A DNA stretch of 64,000 bases, from assembly GCA_017467805.1 (NCBI GenBank), contig JAFUKJ010000045.1, positions 1,392 through 65,391 on the forward strand. The letters are read 5' to 3'. The notes under the pieces are model-generated. The model was not told the origin of the DNA, ran no database searches, and worked only from the letters and a program-made list of their open reading frames with translations. The position numbers were made by a program, and so were the translations under genes. Positions 1 to 9,114 of this stretch are shown piece by piece. Position 1 is the first letter of the stretch; every line of letters begins with the position of its first letter. The DNA comes from Lachnospiraceae bacterium (GTDB lineage: Bacteria; Bacillota; Clostridia; Lachnospirales; Lachnospiraceae).

Positions 1-1
1 T

Positions 2-754
2 GATGAACTTGTATATCTTAAGGAATACAATGGTGAGGATGAGAATCTGAATATTCTGATTAATAATTATAAGCTGGCAGTAGACAGCTCGACACATACC
101 TCTCCGCCATTTGAGTTCGGTATTGAAGCTGACAAAGAATGGTATCGTGTTATTGCCCATGTCATTCGTGATGCATCAGGTAAAGAGCTGCATGTAGTTG
201 GTAAGCTGATTAACGTGCAAAAAGAAATGGAAGAGAAGCATCTGATTGAGAATAAAGCGTTAAGAGATCCTTTGACAGGACTCTTTAACCGAGACGGTTT
301 CCAAATGCAGTTTGATAAGATTTACAATGATATGGAGCATACGCTTCCTGTGACCTTTGCAGTACTGGATATGGATAATTTTAAGAATGTAAATGATACT
401 CTCGGACATGCTGGCGGTGATGAGGCGCTGAAGCTATTGGCTCGAAGTCTTGAGGAACTGTTTGGCGACAGAGGCGCCATTGCAAGATATGGAGGAGATG
501 AGTTCATTCTCTGTGTATACGGCATTGAAGAAGCCAGAGTGAGAAAATTGTTTACAGAGCTTGTTCTGAAGATGTGTGTAGAACTTCCTTATAATGGAAC
601 GATTACAAAGATTTCTATCAGCTTAGGTGCGGCGATTACCAATCAAAAGGCAAATTATACAGAACTTTTCAAGAGCGCAGATAAGGCGTTGTATGTTGCC
701 AAGGAAAATGGTAAAAATGGATTCCATTTAGTAAAGCATGGCTTAGATGAATAA
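2..754 (+). CDS. Diguanylate cyclase, PAS-GGDEF, 5' partial
   Basis: Frame is open from base 2, so the ORF-track start at 215 is internal. PAS-like C-terminus WYRVIAHVIRDASGK, then DPLTGLFNR, DMDNFKNVNDTLGH and RYGGDEF. Confidence 0.92.
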   Translation, partial: DELVYLKEYNGEDENLNILINNYKLAVDSSTHTSPPFEFGIEADKEWYRVIAHVIRDASGKELHVVGKLINVQKEMEEKHLIENKALRDPLTGLFNRDGFQMQFDKIYNDMEHTLPVTFAVLDMDNFKNVNDTLGHAGGDEALKLLARSLEELFGDRGAIARYGGDEFILCVYGIEEARVRKLFTELVLKMCVELPYNGTITKISISLGAAITNQKANYTELFKSADKALYVAKENGKNGFHLVKHGLDE

Positions 755-771
755 AAATAAATACAAATCAT

Positions 772-808
772 AGAAAAATGTCTTTCGTGGAAAGACATTT
801 TTCTTTTT
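772..808 (+). terminator. Intrinsic terminator after the diguanylate cyclase
   Basis: Perfect inverted repeat AGAAAAATGTCTTTC/GAAAGACATTTTTCT followed by a T-run. Confidence 0.85.
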
Positions 809-872
809 GAGACAAACATTGTCTATTTTATATCAATTATTGCACTGTTTGGAAAATAGTTGTAAAATGTCA

Positions 873-886
873 TGTAAGCGGTTACA
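873..886. promoter_or_regulatory. cre-like / LacI-family operator upstream of the hydrogenase operon
   Basis: TGTAAGCGGTTACA fits the CcpA cre consensus TGWNANCGNTNWCA. Confidence 0.6.
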
Positions 887-965
887 TAAATCACGATGTG
901 TATTTATACATTAATTTATGCATAACCCAATTGGTGTGAGTTGTATATGAGTAGGAGGAAGTAAA

Positions 966-2798
966 ATGAGCAGACTCGAGATTCCAGTACCAAATAAAGC
1001 TCAGATTATTGTAGAGCAGCTTTATAAGGACCTGGAAAGAAGAATTGAAGCCAGTCCGTCAGGATTATGTCCAATTGATATGTCTAAGGCATTTTTGGAG
1101 CTGTGTCATGCACAGACCTGTGGAAAGTGTGTGCCTTGTCGTGTTGGCTTAGGACAGTTGAAGAAGCTGATTTCAGATGTATTAGATGGAAAGGCAACGA
1201 TGGAGACTTTGGACTTGATGAAGGAGACAGCGACCAGTATTATGGAGACAGCTGACTGTGCCATCGGTTACGAAGCTGCCAATATGATATATAAGGGATT
1301 GGTTGGATTTTATGATGAATATGTAGCACATATTGAATTAGGCAGATGCCATTGTAATTATCAGCAGCCAGTTCCATGTGTGTCTTTATGCCCTGCGGGA
1401 GTAGATATTCCAGGGTACATAGCACTTGTGCGTGAGGGAAGATATCAGGATGCGATTCGCCTGATTCGTAAGGACAATCCTTTCCCAACGACTTGTGGAT
1501 TTATTTGTGAGCATCCATGCGAGGCGAGATGCCGTCGTAATATGGTGGATGATGCAGTAAATATCAGAGGTTTGAAGCGTATGGCAGCAGACCTTGCAGG
1601 AAAGGTGGAACCACCAGCTTGCCAGCCTTCAACAGGTAAGAAGGTTGCAATCGTAGGAGGCGGTCCTGGAGGACTTAGTACAGCATATTATTTACAGCTG
1701 ATGGGACATCAGGTTGTTGTATATGAGATGCTTCCAAAGCTTGGCGGTATGCTGCGTTATGGTATTCCGAATTACCGTTTGCCAAAGGATAGATTGGATG
1801 ATGATATCAATGCGATTTTGGAGACAGGTGTACAGGTAAAGCACGGACTTCGTATCGGTATTGATATTACAATAGATGAGTTGAGGGAGCAGTATGATGC
1901 AGTTTTAATCACAATTGGTGCCAGCACAGATAAGAAGCTTGGTATCGAAGGTGAGAATGCAACAGGTGTGATTTCGGCAGTACAGTTCCTTCGTGATGTA
2001 GGTAAGGACAATGCCATTGATTTGAAGGGCCAAGAGGTATGCGTAATCGGTGGTGGTAATGTATCTATGGATGCTGTTCGTACAGCAGTACGTCTTGGTG
2101 CTAAGAAGGTAAGCATTGTATATAGAAGACGAGTTGCAGATATGACAGCGCTTAAGGATGAGATAGAAGGTGCGATTGCAGAGGGCGTAGAGGTACAGAC
2201 ACTCAAGGCTCCTGTTAGAATTGAGACCAATGAGGATGGAACTGTAGCAGGACTTTGGGTTCAGCCACAGATGATTAGTAAGATTACCAATGGTAGAGCA
2301 GGAGTGAAGTCAACAGGTGAGCCTGAGCAGATGATTCCTTGCCAGACGATTATTGTAGCAATCGGTCAGGATATTGAGTATCAGCACTTCGCAGATGCAG
2401 GTGTTCCTGTTAAGCGCGGTGTGATTCAGACAGAGCGTGATGGTGGTTTTGATTTACTTCCAGGTGTATTTGCAGGCGGAGACTGTGCAACAGGTCCAGC
2501 GTCTGTAGTTAAGGCAATTGGAGCATCTAAGGTTATTGCAGCTAATATTGATGAATACTTGGGTTATCATCATGTGATTACCTGTGATGTAGAGGTTCCA
2601 CAGCCTAATATCGAGGATAGAGAGCCTTGCGGACGTGTGAATATGACAGAGCGTGAGGTTTGCGAGCGCGTATGCGATTTCAAGGGTGTTGAGAATGCGA
2701 TGACAGAGGCAGAATGTAAGCAGGAGGCTTCCAGATGCTTGAGATGTGACCACTTTGGATATGGAGTACTGAAAGGAGGTCGTAAGACATTATGGTAA
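966..2798 (+). CDS. Fe-S flavoprotein: NuoF/HydB-type 4Fe-4S domain fused to a GltD-like NAD(P)/FAD oxidoreductase
   Basis: CHAQTCGKCVPCRVG...DCAIG; PCVSLCPAGVDIPGYI; CGFICEHPCEARC; GGGPGG and GGGNVSMD dinucleotide-binding motifs; VFAGGD; C-terminal CLRCD. Confidence 0.88.
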   Translation: MSRLEIPVPNKAQIIVEQLYKDLERRIEASPSGLCPIDMSKAFLELCHAQTCGKCVPCRVGLGQLKKLISDVLDGKATMETLDLMKETATSIMETADCAIGYEAANMIYKGLVGFYDEYVAHIELGRCHCNYQQPVPCVSLCPAGVDIPGYIALVREGRYQDAIRLIRKDNPFPTTCGFICEHPCEARCRRNMVDDAVNIRGLKRMAADLAGKVEPPACQPSTGKKVAIVGGGPGGLSTAYYLQLMGHQVVVYEMLPKLGGMLRYGIPNYRLPKDRLDDDINAILETGVQVKHGLRIGIDITIDELREQYDAVLITIGASTDKKLGIEGENATGVISAVQFLRDVGKDNAIDLKGQEVCVIGGGNVSMDAVRTAVRLGAKKVSIVYRRRVADMTALKDEIEGAIAEGVEVQTLKAPVRIETNEDGTVAGLWVQPQMISKITNGRAGVKSTGEPEQMIPCQTIIVAIGQDIEYQHFADAGVPVKRGVIQTERDGGFDLLPGVFAGGDCATGPASVVKAIGASKVIAANIDEYLGYHHVITCDVEVPQPNIEDREPCGRVNMTEREVCERVCDFKGVENAMTEAECKQEASRCLRCDHFGYGVLKGGRKTLW

Positions 2799-4537
2799 AG
2801 CTGACTATTGATCAAAGAATCGTGGAGGTACCTGAAGGAAGTACGATTATGGATGCAGCAAATGTAGCAGGAATTCCAATTCCAAAGCTTTGCTTCCTTA
2901 AGGAGATTAATGAAATCGGTGCCTGCCGAGTTTGTGTAGTAGAGATTGAGGGCAAGGAGAAGCTCGTTACCTCATGTAATAATAAGGTCGAAGAGGGTAT
3001 GGTAGTATATACCAACAGCCCTAAGGTTCGCAAGAACCGCAAGAAGACAGTAGAGATGATTCTGGCACAGCACGACAGTAATTGTGTAACCTGTGCAAGA
3101 AATACAAACTGTTCTTTACAGAAGATTACAAATGAGTTGAATATTTTAGATGTTCCTTATGAGAAGGAATATCAGAAGCTTCCATGGAATAAGAATTTCC
3201 CATTGATTCGTGATTCCAGCAAGTGTATCAAGTGTATGCGTTGTATCCAGATTTGTGATAAGGTACAGGGCGTGAAGGTATGGGATACAGATGGAACAGG
3301 TTCGAGAACAGATGTCTATGTAACAAATAACAGAACTATCGAAGAGTCAGACTGTACACTTTGCGGACAGTGTATTACTCATTGTCCTGTAGGCGCACTT
3401 AGAGAACGTGATGATACAGAGAAGGCATGGTGGGCAATTGAGAATGGGAAGAAGGTAACTGTTGCACAGGTTGCGCCTGCAGTTCGTGCGGCATGGGGAG
3501 AGGCTCTTGGTCTTTCAAGAGAAGAGGCGACTATGGGCAAGATTACAGATGCCCTGAAGAGAATCGGCTTTGATTATGTATTTGATACCGTGTTTACAGC
3601 GGATTTGACAATTATGGAAGAGGGCAGTGAGTTTATCGAGCGCTTTAAGAAGGGTGATACCCAGAAGATGCCGATGTTTACTTCCTGCTGTCCTGGCTGG
3701 GTAAGATTTATTAAGTCACAGTATCCACATTTGGTATCAAGACTTTCTTCTGCGAAGTCACCACAGCAGATGTTTGGCGCTGTTATGAAGACTTACTTTG
3801 CAAAGAAGATAGGTGTGAATCCTGAGGATATGGTTACCGTATCTATCATGCCATGCGTAGCGAAGAAGGGCGAGAGCAATATGGAGCTTTTCTATGAAGA
3901 GTATGCAGGTAAGGATGTAGATGTGGTATTAACTACCCGTGAACTGAACAGAATGATTAAGACAGCACATATTGACCCTAAGACATTAAAGGATGTGCCT
4001 TGCGATGACCCAATGGACATGGGAACAGGCGCAGGTGTTATCTTTGGTACAACAGGTGGTGTTATGGAGGCGGCACTTCGTTCTGCATATTATCTGATTA
4101 CAGGTGAGAATCCTGACCCTGATGCATTCTACGGAGTAAGAAGCAGCAGAGAGCAGGATAAGTGGAAGGAAGCCACTTACAATATTGAAGGTATCACTGT
4201 AAAGACAGCGGTGGTTAATGGCCTTGGTAATACAAGAGCGTTGATTGAAGCTCTTGAGAGAGGCGATGTACATTACGATTTCGTAGAGGTTATGGCTTGT
4301 CCTGGAGGTTGTGTTGGTGGTGGCGGTCAGCCAATTCATGACGGATTGGAGCTGGCAACTACGCGTAGTCAGAATCTTCGTAACCTTGATACCAATGCGA
4401 AGCTACGTTTTTCACATGAGAATCAGGCGGTGGCAAAGTTGTATGAGGAGTTCTTAGAGAAGCCGCTTTCTCATAAGTCTCATATGCTCTTACATACTGA
4501 CCATAATGCATGGGAAATGCCTAGAAGTAAGAGATAG
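2792..4537 (+). CDS. hydA: [FeFe]-hydrogenase, group A, catalytic subunit
   Basis: H-cluster motifs TSCCPGW, MPCVAKKGE and EVMACPGGCVGGGGQP. N-terminal 2Fe-2S, His-ligated 4Fe-4S and 2x4Fe-4S motifs. Overlaps the upstream stop codon. Confidence 0.95.
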   Translation: MVKLTIDQRIVEVPEGSTIMDAANVAGIPIPKLCFLKEINEIGACRVCVVEIEGKEKLVTSCNNKVEEGMVVYTNSPKVRKNRKKTVEMILAQHDSNCVTCARNTNCSLQKITNELNILDVPYEKEYQKLPWNKNFPLIRDSSKCIKCMRCIQICDKVQGVKVWDTDGTGSRTDVYVTNNRTIEESDCTLCGQCITHCPVGALRERDDTEKAWWAIENGKKVTVAQVAPAVRAAWGEALGLSREEATMGKITDALKRIGFDYVFDTVFTADLTIMEEGSEFIERFKKGDTQKMPMFTSCCPGWVRFIKSQYPHLVSRLSSAKSPQQMFGAVMKTYFAKKIGVNPEDMVTVSIMPCVAKKGESNMELFYEEYAGKDVDVVLTTRELNRMIKTAHIDPKTLKDVPCDDPMDMGTGAGVIFGTTGGVMEAALRSAYYLITGENPDPDAFYGVRSSREQDKWKEATYNIEGITVKTAVVNGLGNTRALIEALERGDVHYDFVEVMACPGGCVGGGGQPIHDGLELATTRSQNLRNLDTNAKLRFSHENQAVAKLYEEFLEKPLSHKSHMLLHTDHNAWEMPRSKR

Positions 4538-4604
4538 TAAGTTTATAACACGAAATATGCAGAAAGTTCAAAATAATATTTCAAATATTCTGAATACATG
4601 ATAC

Positions 4605-4650
4605 AATAAAGGTATATTAGGCATATTGCGCCTGATATACCTTTATTTTT
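4605..4650 (+). terminator. Stem-loop, probable terminator of the hydrogenase operon
   Basis: AATAAAGGTATATTAGGC/GCCTGATATACCTTTATT (one G-U pair) plus T-run; overlaps a TG-N-TACAAT element at 4599-4607. Confidence 0.7.
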
Positions 4651-4690
4651 GTTGAAGAAAGATTAACATAGATGGGGATGGAGACGAAAG

Positions 4691-6835
4691 ATGAACTGGG
4701 TGGAGCCTTTTATTAATTGGTTTGGAATGATGACATGCTTTGCTTTCTGTGCTGTGATTGTGAGACATGAGGCATCCAATGTGCAAAAGTGGCTGTTGCT
4801 GACCTTTGTATGTGGATTTGTAACCACAGTTGGTAATACTTTGGAATATTATGCAATAACACAGGACATTGCAATGACTGCGATTAAAACAGCATACATT
4901 GGCAAGTGCTATATGCTTTTGTTTGCATTGATGTTTGCTGTAGAGTTTACGAAAATTAAGATTAAGAGATGGCAGTTTTATGTATTAGGAGCTTTTGATA
5001 CGATAGTGCTTGGGTATATTATGACTAATGAGCATCATGCGTTATTCTATCGTGAGATTTGGATGGTAGAGCGTAGTGCTGGCAGTGATAGATTGTTATT
5101 GGTGGCATCAAAAGGACCTCTGTACTATGTGCTTATGTCAGAGATGATTTTGTGTATTGTGTGGTTTGCGGTAATTGTAACGCGCGGCACAAATAGAGCA
5201 TCCAAGGAAGCTAAGGTAAGAACAATTATCTTAGTTGTTTGTGCATTGGCTGCAATGATTTTAATTATCGGTACGGGTGCAGGCGGTACGACGGTAAAAG
5301 ATCCGACAACCTTAGTTATTACGCTGGTTGAAATTATGTTTATGTTCAGTGTGCGAAGATATGGACTTCTTGATACCAAACAGGTGGTACAGGAAAGTGC
5401 CTTGGAGGCAACACAGGAGGGCTTGATTTTAGTAGATGATAAAAAACGCCTTATTTATGCCAATGCGGTTGCAAGAAATTTGTTTATGGAAAAGGACTGG
5501 AATGATGCGAACTTAAAGCTGGATGATTTTTTCAATGAGAGAGAAAAGGTTTTTGATAAAGGCGGACGCCATTATGAGGTGCGTGTATCTGAGGTTCGAA
5601 GTAAGAAAGGCAGGACTTTGCAAGGTTATATAGCGTGGTTCTTTGATATGACCTTCCTGAATCAGTATACCAGTGAGATGATTCGTCATAAGGAGGAGTC
5701 AGAGCAGGCAAATCAGGCGAAGACCAATTTTATGGCGCATATTTCTCATGAGATTAGAACACCATTGAATGCGATTATCGGTTATTCAGAGCTTGGCTTG
5801 AGAGAAAGAGAGGTTAACCGTCTTACTTCTTATATCAAGAGTATCAAGAGCGCCGCCAATACGCTGCTGAATATGATAAATGAGATTTTGGACATTTCTA
5901 AAATTGAATCAGGTAAAATGGAGCTTGTGGATGTAGAGTATCGTTTTGATAAGCTGGTTCAGGAGATACAGTCCATGATGGAGGCACAGGCTGGCAGAAA
6001 AGGCTTGAAGTTCAAGATGGAGATTGACCAAGGTATTCCAAATAGTCTGATAGGTGACAGAGGTAAGCTGCATGAGATTATGATGAATCTGATATCGAAT
6101 GCGATAAAATATACCCAAGAGGGTAGCGTCACGCTTCGGATTACAAGCCAGGAAAGCACACAGAGTCAGACCTTACTTCGTATCGAGGTAGAGGATACGG
6201 GAATTGGAATTAAGGAAGAAAATTTAAATAAAATATTTGATAAATTTGAACAGTTTGATAAAGAGAAAAATTATAATATTCAGGGAAGCGGTCTTGGGCT
6301 TTCCATTACGAAGAGCTATGTGCTGATGATGGAAGGCGATATTTCTGTGGAAAGTGAATATGGAAAAGGAACAAAGTTCATAGTTACTCTTTGGCAGGGA
6401 ATTTCGGATGAAGTGGAAGAAACGACTGACGATTCCCTTGACAGTGATATAAGGATTCGAAGCGCAAAGCTTCTTGTGGTGGATGATAATGAGCTTAACT
6501 GTGATGTGGTACAGGGGATTCTCAATTATATGGGAATGGACACGGATATTGCGATGTCTGGTGAAGAGTGTCTGAAGCTTTTGGAAGAAGGGAATAATTA
6601 CGCGATTATCCTTACAGACCATATGATGCCTGGAATGGACGGCGTGGAGCTGATGCATAGAATCCGCGAACTGGGTGGCAGATATGAAAAGCTGCCAATC
6701 GTTCTTCTGACTGCAAATGCGATTCGTGGTGTGCGGGAAGAAATGATAAAGGAAGGCTTTAATGATTTCCTGACAAAACCAATTGAAATTGGAGAATTAC
6801 GCAAGGTATTAGTGAAGTATCTTGGACAAGAGTAG
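4691..6835 (+). CDS. Hybrid sensor histidine kinase 1 (multi-TM N-terminus, PAS-like, HisKA, HATPase, REC)
   Basis: H-box SHEIRTPLN; NLISNAIKYT; DTGIGI; GSGLGLSI; receiver motifs VVDDN, TDHMMP, TKP. Confidence 0.93.
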   Translation: MNWVEPFINWFGMMTCFAFCAVIVRHEASNVQKWLLLTFVCGFVTTVGNTLEYYAITQDIAMTAIKTAYIGKCYMLLFALMFAVEFTKIKIKRWQFYVLGAFDTIVLGYIMTNEHHALFYREIWMVERSAGSDRLLLVASKGPLYYVLMSEMILCIVWFAVIVTRGTNRASKEAKVRTIILVVCALAAMILIIGTGAGGTTVKDPTTLVITLVEIMFMFSVRRYGLLDTKQVVQESALEATQEGLILVDDKKRLIYANAVARNLFMEKDWNDANLKLDDFFNEREKVFDKGGRHYEVRVSEVRSKKGRTLQGYIAWFFDMTFLNQYTSEMIRHKEESEQANQAKTNFMAHISHEIRTPLNAIIGYSELGLREREVNRLTSYIKSIKSAANTLLNMINEILDISKIESGKMELVDVEYRFDKLVQEIQSMMEAQAGRKGLKFKMEIDQGIPNSLIGDRGKLHEIMMNLISNAIKYTQEGSVTLRITSQESTQSQTLLRIEVEDTGIGIKEENLNKIFDKFEQFDKEKNYNIQGSGLGLSITKSYVLMMEGDISVESEYGKGTKFIVTLWQGISDEVEETTDDSLDSDIRIRSAKLLVVDDNELNCDVVQGILNYMGMDTDIAMSGEECLKLLEEGNNYAIILTDHMMPGMDGVELMHRIRELGGRYEKLPIVLLTANAIRGVREEMIKEGFNDFLTKPIEIGELRKVLVKYLGQE

Positions 6836-6853
6836 TGAATAGTGGTATTATGT

Positions 6854-6885
6854 AAAAGGCTATCATGATTACATGATAGCCTTTT
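6854..6885. terminator. Stem-loop between the two kinase genes
   Basis: Perfect 14-bp inverted repeat AAAAGGCTATCATG/CATGATAGCCTTTT. Confidence 0.75.
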
Positions 6886-6948
6886 GGTGTCATATAATTA
6901 TGGTAGCCCTCTTGGGTGTTAGTTTTGAGATATAAGTGAGGACAAAAG

Positions 6949-9114
6949 ATGAATGAGATATGGCTTTCTATCAATTGGATATGTGTATTGATATGCTTTA
7001 TTTGTTCGGTATATGTTATGAAACGGGAGGCGTCTAATATTCAGAAGTATTTGATGTTATGTTTCATATGTGGATTTACGGCAACAGTATGCAATATGGT
7101 GGAAATGTATGCCACATCTTTGCCTGTTGCATTGACAGCGGCTAAGATTGCGTATATGGGAAAGCTGTATATGGTATTATTCGGACTGGTTTTCGGTGTA
7201 GAGTTTGCGCAGATAAAGTTTTCAGAGATTCCATGCTTTTTGCTGGGGGTGGTGGAGACGATATTCTTAGCGCTGATTATGACCAATGAGCATCATCACT
7301 GGTTCTATACGGATGTACATATGGTGGAGAAAGCAAATGGTATGCTGTATATGGTAACGGATAAGGGACCTTTATACTACATTATTATGACAGAGATATC
7401 CATTTGTATAGTGGTGGCAGTGGCAGTTGTAATAAAAAGAACACGGCGACGTTCCACGGAAGTGAAGGGAAGAGCGGTAGCGCTGATAGCTCTGGCGGTT
7501 CTTGGAGCAATGTGCATTGGATTGGGATTGTGCTGGATTCTGGAAACAACAGACCCTGCGACCTTCGTAATCGCAGCAGTAGAAATCATCATTATGATTA
7601 ATGTGAAGAATTACGGTTTGTTGGATTCGAAGCAGATTGTGCAGGAAAGTGCGTTAGAGGGGACGCAGGAGGGACTTATTCTTGTAGATGAGAAGAAACG
7701 TTTAATATATGCGAATGCAGTTGCAAGAGAGCTTTTTGATGACTTTGCAGGGGAACTGAATAAGCCAACATTGGACCGTTTCTTTCAGGAGAAGGAATGG
7801 GTATTTGACAGAGATGGTAAGCATTATGAAGCAAGAGTATCTGAGGTACGCAATAAACAGGGTGATGCCATACAGGGATATATTGTGTGGTTCTTTGATA
7901 TGACCTTTTTAAATCAGTATACCAGTGAGATGATACGACATAAGGAAGAGTCAGAGCAGGCCAATCGTGCCAAGACGAATTTCCTTGCACATATTTCTCA
8001 TGAGCTTAGAACACCTATGAATGCGATTGTGGGATATTCGGAGCTTGCAGCTGGGGAGCAGTCAACACAGAAAGGAATTTCGTATCTTAGTAATATCAAA
8101 AATGCGGCAAATCTGTTAATCAGTATGCTGAATGAGATATTGGATATTACAAAGATTGAATCTGGTAAGATAGAGATAACAGAGATAAAATATAACCTTG
8201 ACAGGCTTGTGCGTGAGATTCGCTCTATGATGGAGGCGCAGGCAGCTAAGAAAGGTCTGCAGTTTTGTCTGGAGGTAGATGCCCTTATTCCGAAGAATTT
8301 GGTTGGTGACAGAGGAAAAGTGCATGAGGTTATTACGAATCTGTTATCTAACGCCATTAAATATACAAGAGAAGGAAGTGTTACTCTTAGGCTTAAGAAG
8401 CTGGAAAGTACACAGAGCCAGGTGCTGCTTCAGATTGAGGTAGAGGATACAGGAATTGGTATTAAGGAAGAGTATTTCGATAAGGTATTTGATAAGTTTT
8501 CGCAGTTTGATAAAGAGAAGAATTATGATATTCAAGGCAGCGGACTAGGACTTGCAATTACAAAATATTATGTACAGTTAATGGAAGGGGATATTATAAT
8601 TGAAAGTGAGTATGGAAAGGGGACAAAGTTTATTGTAACCTTATGGCAGGGGATTACAGACAGCGCAGAGGAAGAGGAGACGCCAGTTGTTTCTCTGGAC
8701 AGAAGCATCAGGTTTGATAAAGCGAAGGTTCTGGTAGTAGATGACAATGAACTGAATTGTGATGTCGCAAAGGGACTATTAAAGCATCTGGGGGTAGATG
8801 CGGATATTGCAATGTCAGGTGCAGAGTGTCTTAAGCTGCTGGAGGAAGGTAATGAGTATGATGTAATTCTTTCAGACCATATGATGCCTGAGATGGATGG
8901 TGTTGAGCTTATGCATCGGATTCGTGCATTGGATAGTAAGTATGAAGCCTTACCAATTGTCTTGCAGACAGCGAATGCGATTCAAGGAGTTAGAGACCAG
9001 ATGCTGGGAGAAGGATTTGACGATTATTTAGCGAAGCCGATTCAGATAGGCGAATTACAAAAGGTATTAGTAAAGTATTTGGGAATAAAGGGAGAACACA
9101 GTAATGGCAAATAG
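6949..9114 (+). CDS. Hybrid sensor histidine kinase 2, paralog of 4691..6835
   Basis: SHELRTPMN; NLLSNAIKYT; GSGLGLAI; SDHMMP. Shares the identical stretch WFFDMTFLNQYTSEMIRHKEESEQAN with kinase 1. Confidence 0.93.
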   Translation: MNEIWLSINWICVLICFICSVYVMKREASNIQKYLMLCFICGFTATVCNMVEMYATSLPVALTAAKIAYMGKLYMVLFGLVFGVEFAQIKFSEIPCFLLGVVETIFLALIMTNEHHHWFYTDVHMVEKANGMLYMVTDKGPLYYIIMTEISICIVVAVAVVIKRTRRRSTEVKGRAVALIALAVLGAMCIGLGLCWILETTDPATFVIAAVEIIIMINVKNYGLLDSKQIVQESALEGTQEGLILVDEKKRLIYANAVARELFDDFAGELNKPTLDRFFQEKEWVFDRDGKHYEARVSEVRNKQGDAIQGYIVWFFDMTFLNQYTSEMIRHKEESEQANRAKTNFLAHISHELRTPMNAIVGYSELAAGEQSTQKGISYLSNIKNAANLLISMLNEILDITKIESGKIEITEIKYNLDRLVREIRSMMEAQAAKKGLQFCLEVDALIPKNLVGDRGKVHEVITNLLSNAIKYTREGSVTLRLKKLESTQSQVLLQIEVEDTGIGIKEEYFDKVFDKFSQFDKEKNYDIQGSGLGLAITKYYVQLMEGDIIIESEYGKGTKFIVTLWQGITDSAEEEETPVVSLDRSIRFDKAKVLVVDDNELNCDVAKGLLKHLGVDADIAMSGAECLKLLEEGNEYDVILSDHMMPEMDGVELMHRIRALDSKYEALPIVLQTANAIQGVRDQMLGEGFDDYLAKPIQIGELQKVLVKYLGIKGEHSNGK

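Noticed and set aside
820-965. Rex operator upstream of the hydrogenase operon
   Set aside because: No adequate match to TTGTGAA/TTGTTAA-N4 palindromes.
966-2798. Calling this gene gltD
   Set aside because: No gltB nearby, an extra NuoF-type domain is present, and it is coupled to hydA.
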